From: an uncultured delta proteobacterium | GTDB lineage: Bacteria; Myxococcota_A; Polyangia; Polyangiales; Polyangiaceae | Direction of reading: 5' to 3' | Assembly (NCBI GenBank): GCA_963841435.1 | Contig: CAWJCS010000005.1 | Coordinates: 1,408,001-1,472,000, forward strand | Length of the DNA stretch: 64,000 bases | Shown here: one piece after another, positions 20,946 through 30,891 of the stretch | Position numbering within the stretch: position 1 is the stretch's first letter | Layout of the letters: each line of letters starts with the position of its first letter | Position numbers and translations under genes: made by a program | Notes under the pieces: generated by a model | The model's input: the letters and a program-made list of their open reading frames with translations, nothing else | What the model was told of the DNA's origin: nothing | Database searches by the model: none

Positions 20946-22589
20946 TCAGCTATTGGCGACGGAGAGCACCACGCCGAGGCGCTCCCCGGAAAAGGGCGCC
21001 AACGTTCGCGCCGACTCAGGCACGTTTTGTGGGTACGCGGCCACGACGCCATCCACCACGTCGCTCACGGCTCGGCACGCGACGTCTTCGGACAACGGGG
21101 GAGCGTTGACGATGATCACGTCGTAGTAAGGGCGCAGGGCAGCAACGCAATCTTCGAAGTGTGTCGAGAGGATCAGCTCGGGCGCCGTACGCGCCGACGG
21201 CAAGACGTGCAATGCCGGCGAGCACTTGAGAACGTACCAGTGCCCGTCGGCCGAACCGTCCACGCGGGCGGATAGCTGGGTTGCGAAGTCCGTTGCGGGC
21301 AGCACCACCAAGCCCAGCGCCGTCCCGAGACTGGGCTTGGCGAGATCCGCCTCGACGAGGAGCACTCTCGATGAATCGTCCTCGGCGAACGCGGCCGCGA
21401 GGCCCGCGCTGATTTCAGCCTTGGCCGCCGCGACAGCCGGCGTTGCCGTGACCCCGACCACGAAGCAATCCCCTTGAGCTAGGGCGCGCAGCTGCTCGCG
21501 GAGGGCATAGTACCGCTGCCGCCCGGGCACCGCCTCGGGACGCCAGGGCGTCGGGTAGGCCATCACGGGCGATTCGCCGGGAGGCGGCCCGCTCCCCGGT
21601 GCCCCGCTCGAGGGTCGAGCTTCGGCGCGTGGCGGCGGCGGCCCCGAGTCGAGCTCCGGGGAAGGCGGCACGGCGGGCTCGCCACCGGCCAGTCCGTCCA
21701 CGCTCAGCACCTGCGGCGCCTCCGCGACAGAAGACGGCGACAACGAGGGACTCGGCGGGGGCCGCGAGACCGCCGTGCCGGCACGTCGTGGCTCGAGCGA
21801 CGCTCGCCTGCGCGAAGCCGAGCGCTCGGCCCGCGGCGAACCCGCTGGCAAGAGCGCCACGATGAGCGAAAGCGCCAGCCCGATGCCGTAGAGCAGGGAG
21901 CGCTGCGGCTCGGACGGCGGCTGCTGCAGGCGGGCCTCGATGACCGGAGGCGTCGTCGGCTTGGTCGCGGATGGGGCCGCGGACGGCGGCGGCAACGCTT
22001 CGATGAGCTTCTGCAACTCGGGGAGCCCCGTCGTCGTCACCCCCTGGCGCGCGCGAGCCACCGATGCGAGGGAGCTGTCGATCTCGGCCAGCCGCCGCTT
22101 GAGCACGAGCGCCCGCGAGGGACGTGCCCGCTCGGAGTCGGCGAACGGATTGTCCGAGCCGGACGCGTCGCCACCACCTGGCCTCAGCCCATCGAGCTCG
22201 GCCTGGACGCGTTGGCGTTCCTGCTCGAGCACGACGCGATCGGTCGACGCGCTCTTCTGCGCGGGCTCGGCGGAGCGCGCGAGGTCCGGATGGCTCACGA
22301 GGTAGCTCACGAGCTGATCCTCGGCCTCCGCGGCGGGCGCGGGCTCGGCAGCCCGCGGGGCCGCGAGCGCCTCTGCACGCACGAAAGTGCGCTGGGCCGC
22401 GGCTCTGCACAGCTCCTCGGCGCGCGCCGCCGTGCGGTCCCGTCCGACGATGGGCACGCCATCGCCGCCCACGAGTGGAACGACCGCGCGCGCTGCGAAG
22501 ATTTGCGGCGACGTTTGGGCGAACGCGGCGAAAGCGCCGAAGGCGACCACCGCCCTGAGCACCCGCACGGCGACCCCCGCAGCCGTCAC
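20946..22589 (-). CDS. Wzc/PCP-like protein: TM, coiled coil, TM, Pro-rich linker, degenerate CpsD/CapB (BY-kinase-like) domain
   Basis: Two hydrophobic segments; C-terminal VVGVTA, RVLLVEADL, LHVLP, YYDVIIVNAPP, VDGVV. Confidence 0.65.
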   Translation of the reverse strand: MTAAGVAVRVLRAVVAFGAFAAFAQTSPQIFAARAVVPLVGGDGVPIVGRDRTAARAEELCRAAAQRTFVRAEALAAPRAAEPAPAAEAEDQLVSYLVSHPDLARSAEPAQKSASTDRVVLEQERQRVQAELDGLRPGGGDASGSDNPFADSERARPSRALVLKRRLAEIDSSLASVARARQGVTTTGLPELQKLIEALPPPSAAPSATKPTTPPVIEARLQQPPSEPQRSLLYGIGLALSLIVALLPAGSPRAERSASRRRASLEPRRAGTAVSRPPPSPSLSPSSVAEAPQVLSVDGLAGGEPAVPPSPELDSGPPPPRAEARPSSGAPGSGPPPGESPVMAYPTPWRPEAVPGRQRYYALREQLRALAQGDCFVVGVTATPAVAAAKAEISAGLAAAFAEDDSSRVLLVEADLAKPSLGTALGLVVLPATDFATQLSARVDGSADGHWYVLKCSPALHVLPSARTAPELILSTHFEDCVAALRPYYDVIIVNAPPLSEDVACRAVSDVVDGVVAAYPQNVPESARTLAPFSGERLGVVLSVANS

Positions 22590-24436
22590 GTTCCTGTCCC
22601 GCCCAGCACCACGGGCACCGTGCGCGCGAGGACGTAGAGGTCGAGCCAGGGCGACCAGTTGCGCACGTACTCAACGTCCATCTGCAGGCGCTGCTCGAAG
22701 GTGGATTCGTTGCGCCACGTCACCTGCCAGATGCCGGTGATGCCCGGCTTGACGCGCAAGATGATGGCTTCCTTCTGCTCCATGTCCGGGATCTCACGCT
22801 CGAGATACGGGCGCGGTCCGACGAGGCTCATCTCCCCGACCAGCACGTTCCAAAGCTGGGGCAGCTCGTCGAGGCTGTATTTGCGGAGAAAACGGCCGAT
22901 GCGCGTGACGCGAGGATCGTTGTTCAGCTTGTGAAACTGCTCGTATTCGACGGCGAGCATGGGATCGCGCTCGAGGATGCCGGCGAGGCGCTGCTCCGCA
23001 TCCTCGAACATGGTGCGGAATTTGAGCGCCGCGAAGCGGATCCCGTCCTGTCCGAGCCGCTTCTGCCGGTGAAACACCGGGCCCTTGGAGTCCAGCCGGA
23101 TCACGAACGCGAGGAGCATGAGGAGCGGCCACGTGATCAACAGCCCGATACTGGTAAGCGCCAGATCCATGGCGCGCTTGGCCGCCCGCGGACCGCGCAA
23201 CAAGAGCTGGCGCTGCACTTCGATGCCAAGCGCACCGCCGAGATAGCGCGTCGGCGCGCCGAAGTGCGTCAGGTTGAACAGGTCCGGAATGACCAGCACG
23301 TTGTGGTAGCTGTCCGCGAAACGCTCGATCACGCCGAGCATCGTGGACGCGTCCATTTCGGGCATGGCGAGCACGGCCGTCCGCACCTTGAGCCGCTGCG
23401 ACAGCGCGGGGGCAAGCTCCAGCCCGCCCACGATCGGAACGCCCTCGACCTCCGAGAACTGCTCGAGCGCGGATCGCTCGGACGGTGATTCCGCGTCCTC
23501 GGCATCGAACTCGCGGACGGGCTCGATCACGATGTCGTTTTCGCCCCAGGTGGCGCGCACCGTGCCCTGGCGCGCCGGATTGTCGTCGAGGATCGCGACG
23601 GGCTTCAGACCAAGCTGCGGACGCGCCTGCAGCATGGTGACGACCGCGCGCCCCACCTTGCCGGCGCCCATCACCACCACGGGCTGACCCCACCAGGGAG
23701 TGCGCGCCAGCGACGAGCGCAGAATGCCGCGCAACGTCGGCACGAGCACGATGGCGATCAACCACCCAATCGCCCAAGCCTCGTGGGAGACCGCGTAGAA
23801 CGAGACGACGCGCGTCAGCACGACGGCCATCCAGCAGCCGGCGTAGACGAGCGTGATCGAAGCCACCGAGCTGCGGATCTCGTCCGGCGGGCTCGGTGGC
23901 GTGACCGCGTACAGGCGAGACGCCGAGAACGCGGCCAGGCACAGGGGAACCACGGCGGCCAGGACGTAGATGGCGGCGTTCGACAGTCGATCGTGTGCGA
24001 CCAAGAACCAGAGCACGGCGGTGCCGAGCCCGAGCGACACGAGGTCGGACAGGACGAGCACGAGGCTGACGAGCCTTGGGCGGCAGCTCACCTGCAGCCA
24101 GCCAATCGACGGGTTCTCGCGAGCGCGCCGCGCGATGCTGCGGGCCTTGCCGCGAACGCGCGCGGTGTGCACTTGCTCGATCAGCGCTTCGGCGACGGCT
24201 CTCGCGTCGCACGCGCCGAGCCGACGCAGGATGGCGCCGATGTGCCCGCCGTTCTCGGCCTGGACGTGCAGCGCGTGACGGAGCTGTTCGGGCGTGATGA
24301 CACCCTTCCGGAGCAGCACCTGCCCGAGCTCGTTGTCTCGCCTCCGCCGACGGCGGTAAAAGGCGGGACTACTGTCCCTCGACTCCCGGGGCGCGTCGGG
24401 GGGCTGCACGAGCGCCGATGCCCGCCGCTTGCTCAC
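22586..24436 (-). CDS. wbaP: Priming undecaprenyl-phosphate phosphoglycosyl transferase (WbaP-like) with N-terminal MshEN-like domain
   Basis: [55 protein letters not shown]; four N-terminal TMs and a Rossmann-like domain. Confidence 0.9.
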   Translation of the reverse strand: MSKRRASALVQPPDAPRESRDSSPAFYRRRRRRDNELGQVLLRKGVITPEQLRHALHVQAENGGHIGAILRRLGACDARAVAEALIEQVHTARVRGKARSIARRARENPSIGWLQVSCRPRLVSLVLVLSDLVSLGLGTAVLWFLVAHDRLSNAAIYVLAAVVPLCLAAFSASRLYAVTPPSPPDEIRSSVASITLVYAGCWMAVVLTRVVSFYAVSHEAWAIGWLIAIVLVPTLRGILRSSLARTPWWGQPVVVMGAGKVGRAVVTMLQARPQLGLKPVAILDDNPARQGTVRATWGENDIVIEPVREFDAEDAESPSERSALEQFSEVEGVPIVGGLELAPALSQRLKVRTAVLAMPEMDASTMLGVIERFADSYHNVLVIPDLFNLTHFGAPTRYLGGALGIEVQRQLLLRGPRAAKRAMDLALTSIGLLITWPLLMLLAFVIRLDSKGPVFHRQKRLGQDGIRFAALKFRTMFEDAEQRLAGILERDPMLAVEYEQFHKLNNDPRVTRIGRFLRKYSLDELPQLWNVLVGEMSLVGPRPYLEREIPDMEQKEAIILRVKPGITGIWQVTWRNESTFEQRLQMDVEYVRNWSPWLDLYVLARTVPVVLGGTGT

Positions 24437-24672
24437 GCAACGTCGAGACGGCCAACCCAGCTCGTCTTGGCCCCCTGGATGGCCGCGCGCGCGATAGCGA
24501 GCATGAGCCCCTCGTCGATACCCTGAACCTCGACAGAAACGGGGGGGACGCTGCGAAAGGTTCCAACCTTCACGTCGTCGAGTAGCCGGACCACCTCGTA
24601 GTGCCCCTCCGCAAGGCGCACCACGCGGTACGTCGTGCCGGCAACTTGAACCATACCCTTAACGACGCGCAT
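24433..24672 (-). CDS. Small hypothetical protein (79 aa), paralog 1
   Basis: 42/79 identical without gaps (manual count) to 36872..37111; its stop overlaps the wbaP start (GTGA). Confidence 0.85.
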   Translation of the reverse strand: MRVVKGMVQVAGTTYRVVRLAEGHYEVVRLLDDVKVGTFRSVPPVSVEVQGIDEGLMLAIARAAIQGAKTSWVGRLDVA

Positions 24673-24911
24673 GTGATTACTCTGCCTCGCCGAGCCATGG
24701 TCGTAGCTCGCATCATCTGCTTTGGGAAGGGGTACTTTTCGCTTTCTCCGAAACAGAACAGCCGAAACCGGAAACGCCCCAGTGCCGCTACCGGGTTGCG
24801 ACGCGCGAGAAATGAGCGCGCCACTCGGGACGGGCCGCGACGCTTTTCACCAAGCCTGCGGGTTGACACTGCCAGCGTATTCTCGCCGCCGGCCTATAGG
24901 CCGATCCGCCC

Positions 24912-26967
24912 ATGAGCCCCGCCCCGCCCCCACCGAGCTTCATGAAGTCGCTGCTCCGGGCAGTCGCCGCGGGTGCGGTCGTGTTCGCGGGCTTTCTTGG
25001 CTACGGCTACAGGGATCCTCCCGTTTTCGAGACGGGGGGCGAGCTCCGCGTCAGCGGTGCCCTGCCGAGCGAGGGGATGAATGCCGTCGTTGACCGGCTC
25101 GAGCGGACCATTTTCGATTCCGCGTTGCTTTCCCGCCTAGCGGCGGAAGCAGGCCCGCAGAGCGGGCAGGTCGCGGGGCTCAGGGTCGCGAGCGGCATCC
25201 GCTTCGAGCCTCGTCCGCCGGACCGAGTTCGCATCGTCTGCCGCAACCCCGACCCCGAGCGCCTCAAGTTCCTGTGCGACGCCGTCCTCACGGCCGTCAC
25301 CAAACGGGGCGCTGTGGCCGTCGCCGGAACCCAGTCGTCCTCCACGGCGCTCACCTCGAGCGTCGCCGATTCTGGCCGCCTACGCGCGCGCGCACCCGGA
25401 GCTCTTCCTGAGCGCCCGAAAGCCCCCGCCAAAGCCGGAATCCCTGGAGGAGCTGCGCCAAAAGACGGATGCCGTGCGCTCGGCGCGAGCGTCCAGCGTC
25501 CCGACGATCCCGACGCTGTCGTTCGAGGTGGCGATCCCAGTGGGCGGCGCCAAACCGCTCGGGGTGCCGCGCTCTGCCGTGCTGTTTGCGGGATTGTTCG
25601 GGGCGCTCGCGACGGCCTTCATCACCCTCATGGGCGAGTTCTTCCTGCTCCGGCGAGCTCAGGCGGCCGCGGCTCGCGAGAGCTTCTTGCTCGACGACGA
25701 GGACGACGAGCTCTCGAAGCCTTTTGCGCTCGCCCCCGCCCCGGAAACACAGCCGCCCCTCGCACTGCCACCCCGTTCAGTCCCGCCGCCGGCGGCGGCT
25801 GCCACTCCGGCCTCCGCGCCTCCTCCCGACACGTCAGACCCGCAGGTCGAATTCTCGGTCCCCCCGCCTGGCGTGACGGAGCCGACTTCTTCGGCGCCGC
25901 CGGGCGCCCCGCCCCGACCCGGCTCCTCGGCGCCGCCCGGCGCGCTCGCATCACCGATTCTACGCCGCGCACCAACCACGCCCGTCGTCGCCGTGCCGCC
26001 CGGCGGCGGGTCGTTCGTGCCACCATCCGCGCCGCCGGTCCCGGCCGTTGCCCCCACGGCAAGTGGCGAAAGTCCGGCTGAGGGACCCTCGACGATGCTT
26101 CCGCCGGCCAAGTCGAGCGACTCGGGTTTCCACGCCACGGTGACGTACGACGCGACCAACCTCGATGCGCGCCACCGAGAGCGCGGGGTACCCGTCACGC
26201 GCACCACGCAAATGCTCGGCTCACCGCTCTCGCCCGAGGCTCAACCCGTTTCGCGACCCTCCGGGCGAGTCCGCCAGGGCTCCGCCACGACTCGCTACAG
26301 CTTCGTGAGCACGCCACCACCAGCCGGGGGCGAGCCGGTGCGACCGCACGACGTGGGTCCGGATTGGAGCCCCGATCCGAGCATCGATCCCGCACCTTGC
26401 AGGCCGCTTTGTCGCGAGCTCTTCGCCTTCGGTGTCGAGCACTGTTTTGTGGTGGGCGTGACGGCGGTGCCCGGCCTCGATCGAGACAAGGCCGAGTTTT
26501 CCGCCGCGCTCGCGCTCGCGCTGTCCGCGACCGGTCACGCGCGCGTGTTGCTCGTCGAGGGTGACCTCGATGCCCCGCAACAACACACGTTCATGCGCGC
26601 CGAGATGCCCGAGGGGGAGAGCTTCTCGCGCCAGCTACAGGCGCACATGACGCGTCAGGCGGGCGAGCATTGGAGCGTGCTGCGCTGCACGAAGTCGCTG
26701 CACGTGCTCGTGGACGGCGAGGAGCACACGCCGGGGCTCATCCTCTCCCGCACGTTCGAGGAGTGCGTGCGGGCGCTCCGCGCGTACTACGACTTCATCG
26801 TGCTCGACGGTCCGACGGGCGCACGGGAATCGGAGTGCCGCGCGCTCGACGGCGTCATCGACGGGCTCATCGTGGTGTGCACCGAGGAAACACGAGCCAC
26901 CATCCCCGAAACGTCGCGCTACTTCACCACGAAGCGATTTTCCAAGGCGATCCGCGCAACGCGCTGA
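24912..26967 (+). CDS. Second Wzc/PCP-like protein with Pro-rich linker and degenerate BY-kinase-like domain; frameshift at about 25300-25370
   Basis: TM1 in ORF 24912; TM2, linker and CFVVGVTA/RVLLVEGDL/YYDFIVLDGP in ORF 25474..26967; C-terminal domain clearly paralogous to 20946..22589. Confidence 0.65.
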
Positions 26968-27058
26968 GCGGGCCCCGCGCCGTGAGGGCGGGTCCGAACG
27001 GCGCGCACGGACGCCTGGCCTGACGCCCCCGGGCGCCAGAGAGCGCGCGGTGCGTGCG

Positions 27059-28126
27059 TCACGTCGCGCGTTCGAGCGCCTCGACGATGCGCGAGGAAAC
27101 GCCAGGCGCCCCGTAGAGCTCCGGATGGTCCGTCGGGGGCGAGAGTGCGGCGCGCACGCCCGCTGCCAGACCTTCGGGGTCGACCAGGCGGTTCCAGCCC
27201 GCGTCGACGGTCTCGACCCACTCGGTCGTGTCCCGGACCGTGACGCATGGGCGCGCGAGCATGTACGCCTCCTTTTGCAGGCCGCCGCTGTCGGTGACGA
27301 CGACGCTCGCGGCGTCGAGCAGGGCGAGTAGGTCCAAAAAGCCCAGCGGCTCGAGTGCGCGCACGTTGGGACCGAACGAAACCCCGACCTGAGCGAGCAT
27401 CTTGCCGAGCCGCGGATGCACGGGAAGCACGACCGGGACGTCGAGCCGGCTGAAGGCGCGGGCAATCGCGCTCAGACGCGCGGGGTCGTCGGTGTTCGAG
27501 GCGCGGTGGATCGTAGCGAGAGCGAAGGGCACGCCGGGCGTGAGCCCCGTCTTCGCGAGCAGGGCGGGGGCCCGCTCCCTCGCCTTCGGAACGAACGTCC
27601 GGAGCACGTCGACGCGTACGTCGCCGACGTTGACGACGCCTTCGCTGATTCCTTCGCGCTCGAGATTTCCAAGCGCAGCCGTGGTCGGGGCCAAAAGCAG
27701 CGTCGAGAGATGGTCGGTGAGGACGCGATTGATCTCCTCGGGCATCTCGCGGTCGAAGCTGCGAAGCCCCGCCTCGATGTGCGCCACGCGGAAATGCAGC
27801 TTGGCGGCCGTGAGAGCGGCTGCGATCGTACTGTTCGTGTCGCCGAAGACGATCACCCAGTCCGGTCGCTCGCGAAGGAGCAGTGGTTCGAGCTTCACCA
27901 TCACCGCCGCCGTCTGCTCGGCGTGGCCGGCGCCAGCCGCCCCCACCTCGAGGTCGGCGTCGGGCTTCGGAATCTCGAGCTCCCGAAAGAAGACACGCGA
28001 CATTGCGTCGTCGTAGTGCTGGCCCGTATTGACGAAAATCTCGCGGTGCCGCTCGCGAATGACGTGACTGACGCGCGAGGTCTGGATGAACTCGGGTCGC
28101 GTGCCCGCGATCGTCACGCACTTCAT
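27059..28126 (-). CDS. wecB: Non-hydrolysing UDP-GlcNAc-type 2-epimerase (WecB/WbpI family)
   Basis: GTRPE, NTGQHYD, GDTNS, HIEAGLRSFD..MPEEINR, TDSGGLQKEA. Confidence 0.9.
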   Translation of the reverse strand: MKCVTIAGTRPEFIQTSRVSHVIRERHREIFVNTGQHYDDAMSRVFFRELEIPKPDADLEVGAAGAGHAEQTAAVMVKLEPLLLRERPDWVIVFGDTNSTIAAALTAAKLHFRVAHIEAGLRSFDREMPEEINRVLTDHLSTLLLAPTTAALGNLEREGISEGVVNVGDVRVDVLRTFVPKARERAPALLAKTGLTPGVPFALATIHRASNTDDPARLSAIARAFSRLDVPVVLPVHPRLGKMLAQVGVSFGPNVRALEPLGFLDLLALLDAASVVVTDSGGLQKEAYMLARPCVTVRDTTEWVETVDAGWNRLVDPEGLAAGVRAALSPPTDHPELYGAPGVSSRIVEALERAT

Positions 28127-29142
28127 GCGACGACCGACGACCGCGCGCCACCGAACGTAGCCGGCATCCCGTCGGCTCCGGATTTGACGAACGCGAGCGC
28201 GATGCGCAGTGTCTCGAGCCCGTCGGCGCCCGTCACCGTGGGCGGCCGCCGGTCCCGGACCGCCGCCACGAAGTCCGCGATCTCGGCGACGAGCGGCTCG
28301 TGGCGCTGGATGCGAATCCCGAGCACGTTCCCTTCGGTAACGCCGCGAAGCACGCTCAACGTGTCCCACTGGCTCGGTGCGCTCTCGTTCTCGTAAAAGA
28401 AGAGCTCCTGCGAGAGCAGGTTGCACTCGAACAGGCCGCGCGCCCCCGTGACGGTCAGGCGGCGCACCTTGGTCGGCGTCATCCAGTTCACGTCGAGCAC
28501 GCCGAGCGCGCCACCCTGGAAGCGCAAAAGGCCGTCGAACATGTCCTCGCGGTCGGAATTGATGCCCTGCAGCGTCTCGCCGTACAAGCGCACGATGGGC
28601 TCGGGCACGAGGTAGCGCATCAGGTCGATGTCGTGCGACGCGAGGTCGATCACGACTCCGGCGTCGCGAATGCGCGGCGGGTAGGGGCTGAGGCGCTGCG
28701 CCAGCACCTTGTAGATGCGCCCCGCCATGCCCTCGCGGAGGCGCCGCCTGAGCTCCATCACCGCGGGGTTGAAGCGCTCGATATGGCCCACGGCGAGCAC
28801 GACGCCCTTTTCCTCGGCGCGCGCTACGAGCTCTTCCGCTTGCGCCACCGTGCTGGCGATGGGCTTCTCCATGAGGACGTGCACGCCCTTGTCGATGAGG
28901 TGCATGCCGATCTCGTGATGCAGGCCGGTGGGCACCGCGACGCACACCAGATCGGGCGACGTGCTGTCGAGCAGCGCGTCGAGCGAGGGGAAAGAGGGCA
29001 CGTTGTGCAGGCCCGCCACGCGCGCCGCGGCCGCGGCATTCGTGTCGGCAACACCGACGAAGCTGACGCCATCCATGCCGTGCAACACGCGCGCGTGGTT
29101 CTGGCCGATTGCCCCAACCCCAATGACGGCTGCTTTCAACAT
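28123..29142 (-). CDS. Gfo/Idh/MocA oxidoreductase (WbpB/WlbA-like)
   Basis: IGVGAIG..H, VLMEKP, GHIERFNP, DLASHDID. Confidence 0.85.
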   Translation of the reverse strand: MLKAAVIGVGAIGQNHARVLHGMDGVSFVGVADTNAAAAARVAGLHNVPSFPSLDALLDSTSPDLVCVAVPTGLHHEIGMHLIDKGVHVLMEKPIASTVAQAEELVARAEEKGVVLAVGHIERFNPAVMELRRRLREGMAGRIYKVLAQRLSPYPPRIRDAGVVIDLASHDIDLMRYLVPEPIVRLYGETLQGINSDREDMFDGLLRFQGGALGVLDVNWMTPTKVRRLTVTGARGLFECNLLSQELFFYENESAPSQWDTLSVLRGVTEGNVLGIRIQRHEPLVAEIADFVAAVRDRRPPTVTGADGLETLRIALAFVKSGADGMPATFGGARSSVVA

Positions 29143-30218
29143 GCGGCATTCACCTCCGCCACGACGTACGCCCGCTCCTCGTCCGTGAGGCTCGGATGCA
29201 CGGGTAGGCTCATGACCTCCCGCGTGGCGCGTTCGGTCTCCGGTAAATCGAGACCCTGGTACGCGGGGCGGCGCGCGAAGACCGGCTGGCGATGGATCGG
29301 CAGCGGGTAGTAGACGCGTGCCCCCACGCCGCGCTCGTTGAGCCGCTCGAGAACGGCGTCCCGGTCGACGCCCTCGGGAACGCGAACCGTGTACTGGTGA
29401 TACACGTGGCCGTAGCCTGCCGGCACGCTCGGCACGCGAACGCGCTCGAGGTGGGCGTCGAAGTAGCGCGCGTTCTCGCGCCGCTTCTCCTGCCACGCCG
29501 GCAGTCGACCGAGCTGCACGAGACCGATCGCCGCGGCAGGATCGGTCATGCGGAAATTGTAGCCGACCACTTCGTGCAGGTACTGCGTGCTCATGCCCTG
29601 GTGGCGGATCATGCGAAGGAGCTCGGCAATGGCGTCGTCGTTGGTGAGCACCATGCCGCCCTCCGTCGTCGTCATGTTCTTCGTTGGGTAGAAGCTGAAC
29701 GACGCCGTACCGAAGGTGCCCACCGAGCGCCCGTCGAGCGTCGCCCCGTGAGCCTGCGCTGCATCCTCGAGCAGCACGAGCTTTCGCTCGCGACACAGCG
29801 CTTCGAAGCGTGGCATGTCGGCCGGCAGCCCATAGAGATGGACGGGCATGATGGCGCGGGTGTGCGGCGTGATCGCCGCTTCGGCAGCCGCGGGGCTCAG
29901 ACAGAACGTCGTCGCGTCGATATCGGCGAAAACCGGGGTGGCGCCGACGCTCAAGACGCACGACGCCGTCGCGAAGAAGCTGAAGGACGGAACGATGACC
30001 TCGTCACCGGGGCCGATTTCGTGCGCCATGAGGGCCGTGGTGAGCGCCGTCGTGCCGTTGCTCGTGGCGACGCCGTGTTTCGCCCCGTGATAGGCGGCGA
30101 ACGCGCGCTCGAACTCGGCGACACGTGGCCCCTGCGAGAGCTGGCCACTCGAGAGCGCGGCGAGCGCGGCCGCCTTTTCCTCTTCCCCCAAGAACGGACG
30201 TGCGATCGGAACTTGCAT
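29136..30218 (-). CDS. DegT/DnrJ/EryC1/StrS PLP aminotransferase (WbpE/WlbC-like)
   Basis: SNGTTAL, PVHLYG, EDAAQAHG, SFYPTKNMTTTEGG, GYNFRM; alternative start at 30257. Confidence 0.9.
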   Translation of the reverse strand: MQVPIARPFLGEEEKAAALAALSSGQLSQGPRVAEFERAFAAYHGAKHGVATSNGTTALTTALMAHEIGPGDEVIVPSFSFFATASCVLSVGATPVFADIDATTFCLSPAAAEAAITPHTRAIMPVHLYGLPADMPRFEALCRERKLVLLEDAAQAHGATLDGRSVGTFGTASFSFYPTKNMTTTEGGMVLTNDDAIAELLRMIRHQGMSTQYLHEVVGYNFRMTDPAAAIGLVQLGRLPAWQEKRRENARYFDAHLERVRVPSVPAGYGHVYHQYTVRVPEGVDRDAVLERLNERGVGARVYYPLPIHRQPVFARRPAYQGLDLPETERATREVMSLPVHPSLTDEERAYVVAEVNAAC

Positions 30219-30253
30219 GCGACGCCCCTCAGTACGGTGTGGGGCGGAGGGTG

Positions 30254-30808
30254 TCAACGAGCGTCATCGAGCGCTTCCTCCAGGGTGCGCACCGGTTCTC
30301 CGGAGCGCGTCACGAAGCCCACCTGGCGTGCGGGGTTGCCGATGACGAGCGCGTGATCGGCGACGTGGCGCGTGACGACGCTTCCCGCCCCCACCATCGC
30401 CCAGAGCCCGATCGTGACGCCGCACACGATGGTGCTGTTCGCACCGAGCGAAGCCCCGCGGCGCACGACGGTCTCCTTGAGCACCCAGTCGTCCGCCGCC
30501 TTGAGGCTATGATCGGGGTTGATGGCACGCGGCCTGAGGTCGTTCGTGAAACACACGTGCGGGCCGACGAAAACACCGTCCTCGAGCGTCACGCCGTGGA
30601 ACACGGAAACGTAGTTCTGGATCTTGACGCGGTCGCCGACGCGAACCCCGGCGTCAACGAACACGCCGCGGCCGAGCACGCAATCTTGCCCGATGCGAGC
30701 CCCGCGCCGCACGTGGCAAAGGTGCCAAATCTTCGTGCCTTCGCCGACCTGGGCCCCTTCCTCCACCTCGGCGCTCGGATGAACGAACATGGTCTTCTCG
30801 ACTAGCAC
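30254..30808 (-). CDS. Hexapeptide-repeat N-acetyltransferase (WbpD/WlbB-like)
   Basis: IWHLCHV, KIQNYVS, VFVGP...FTND..PR, GANSTIVCG, GNPAR; ATG alternative at 30790. Confidence 0.88.
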   Translation of the reverse strand: MLVEKTMFVHPSAEVEEGAQVGEGTKIWHLCHVRRGARIGQDCVLGRGVFVDAGVRVGDRVKIQNYVSVFHGVTLEDGVFVGPHVCFTNDLRPRAINPDHSLKAADDWVLKETVVRRGASLGANSTIVCGVTIGLWAMVGAGSVVTRHVADHALVIGNPARQVGFVTRSGEPVRTLEEALDDAR

Positions 30809-30891
30809 GCCGGAACGGTCGCCGTCATGGGTACCAATTCCGGCCCCCGAGGTCCGGCTCCCATCCGGCGACCTGAGTCAGCGTGACCCAT

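Noticed and set aside
24808-24823. Minus-strand TGGCGCGCTCATTTCT upstream of 79-aa paralog 1
   Set aside because: The -12 element reads TTTC instead of TTGC, and the GATCAAACTGTGCAA repeats are absent here
24863-24883. TTGACA followed by TATTCT upstream of 24912
   Set aside because: Spacing is only 9 nt
27059-29961. Apparent long fusion ORFs (696 aa and 612 aa) in the ORF track
   Set aside because: The N-terminal extensions are off-frame read-through of upstream genes; the real starts are 28126 and 29142
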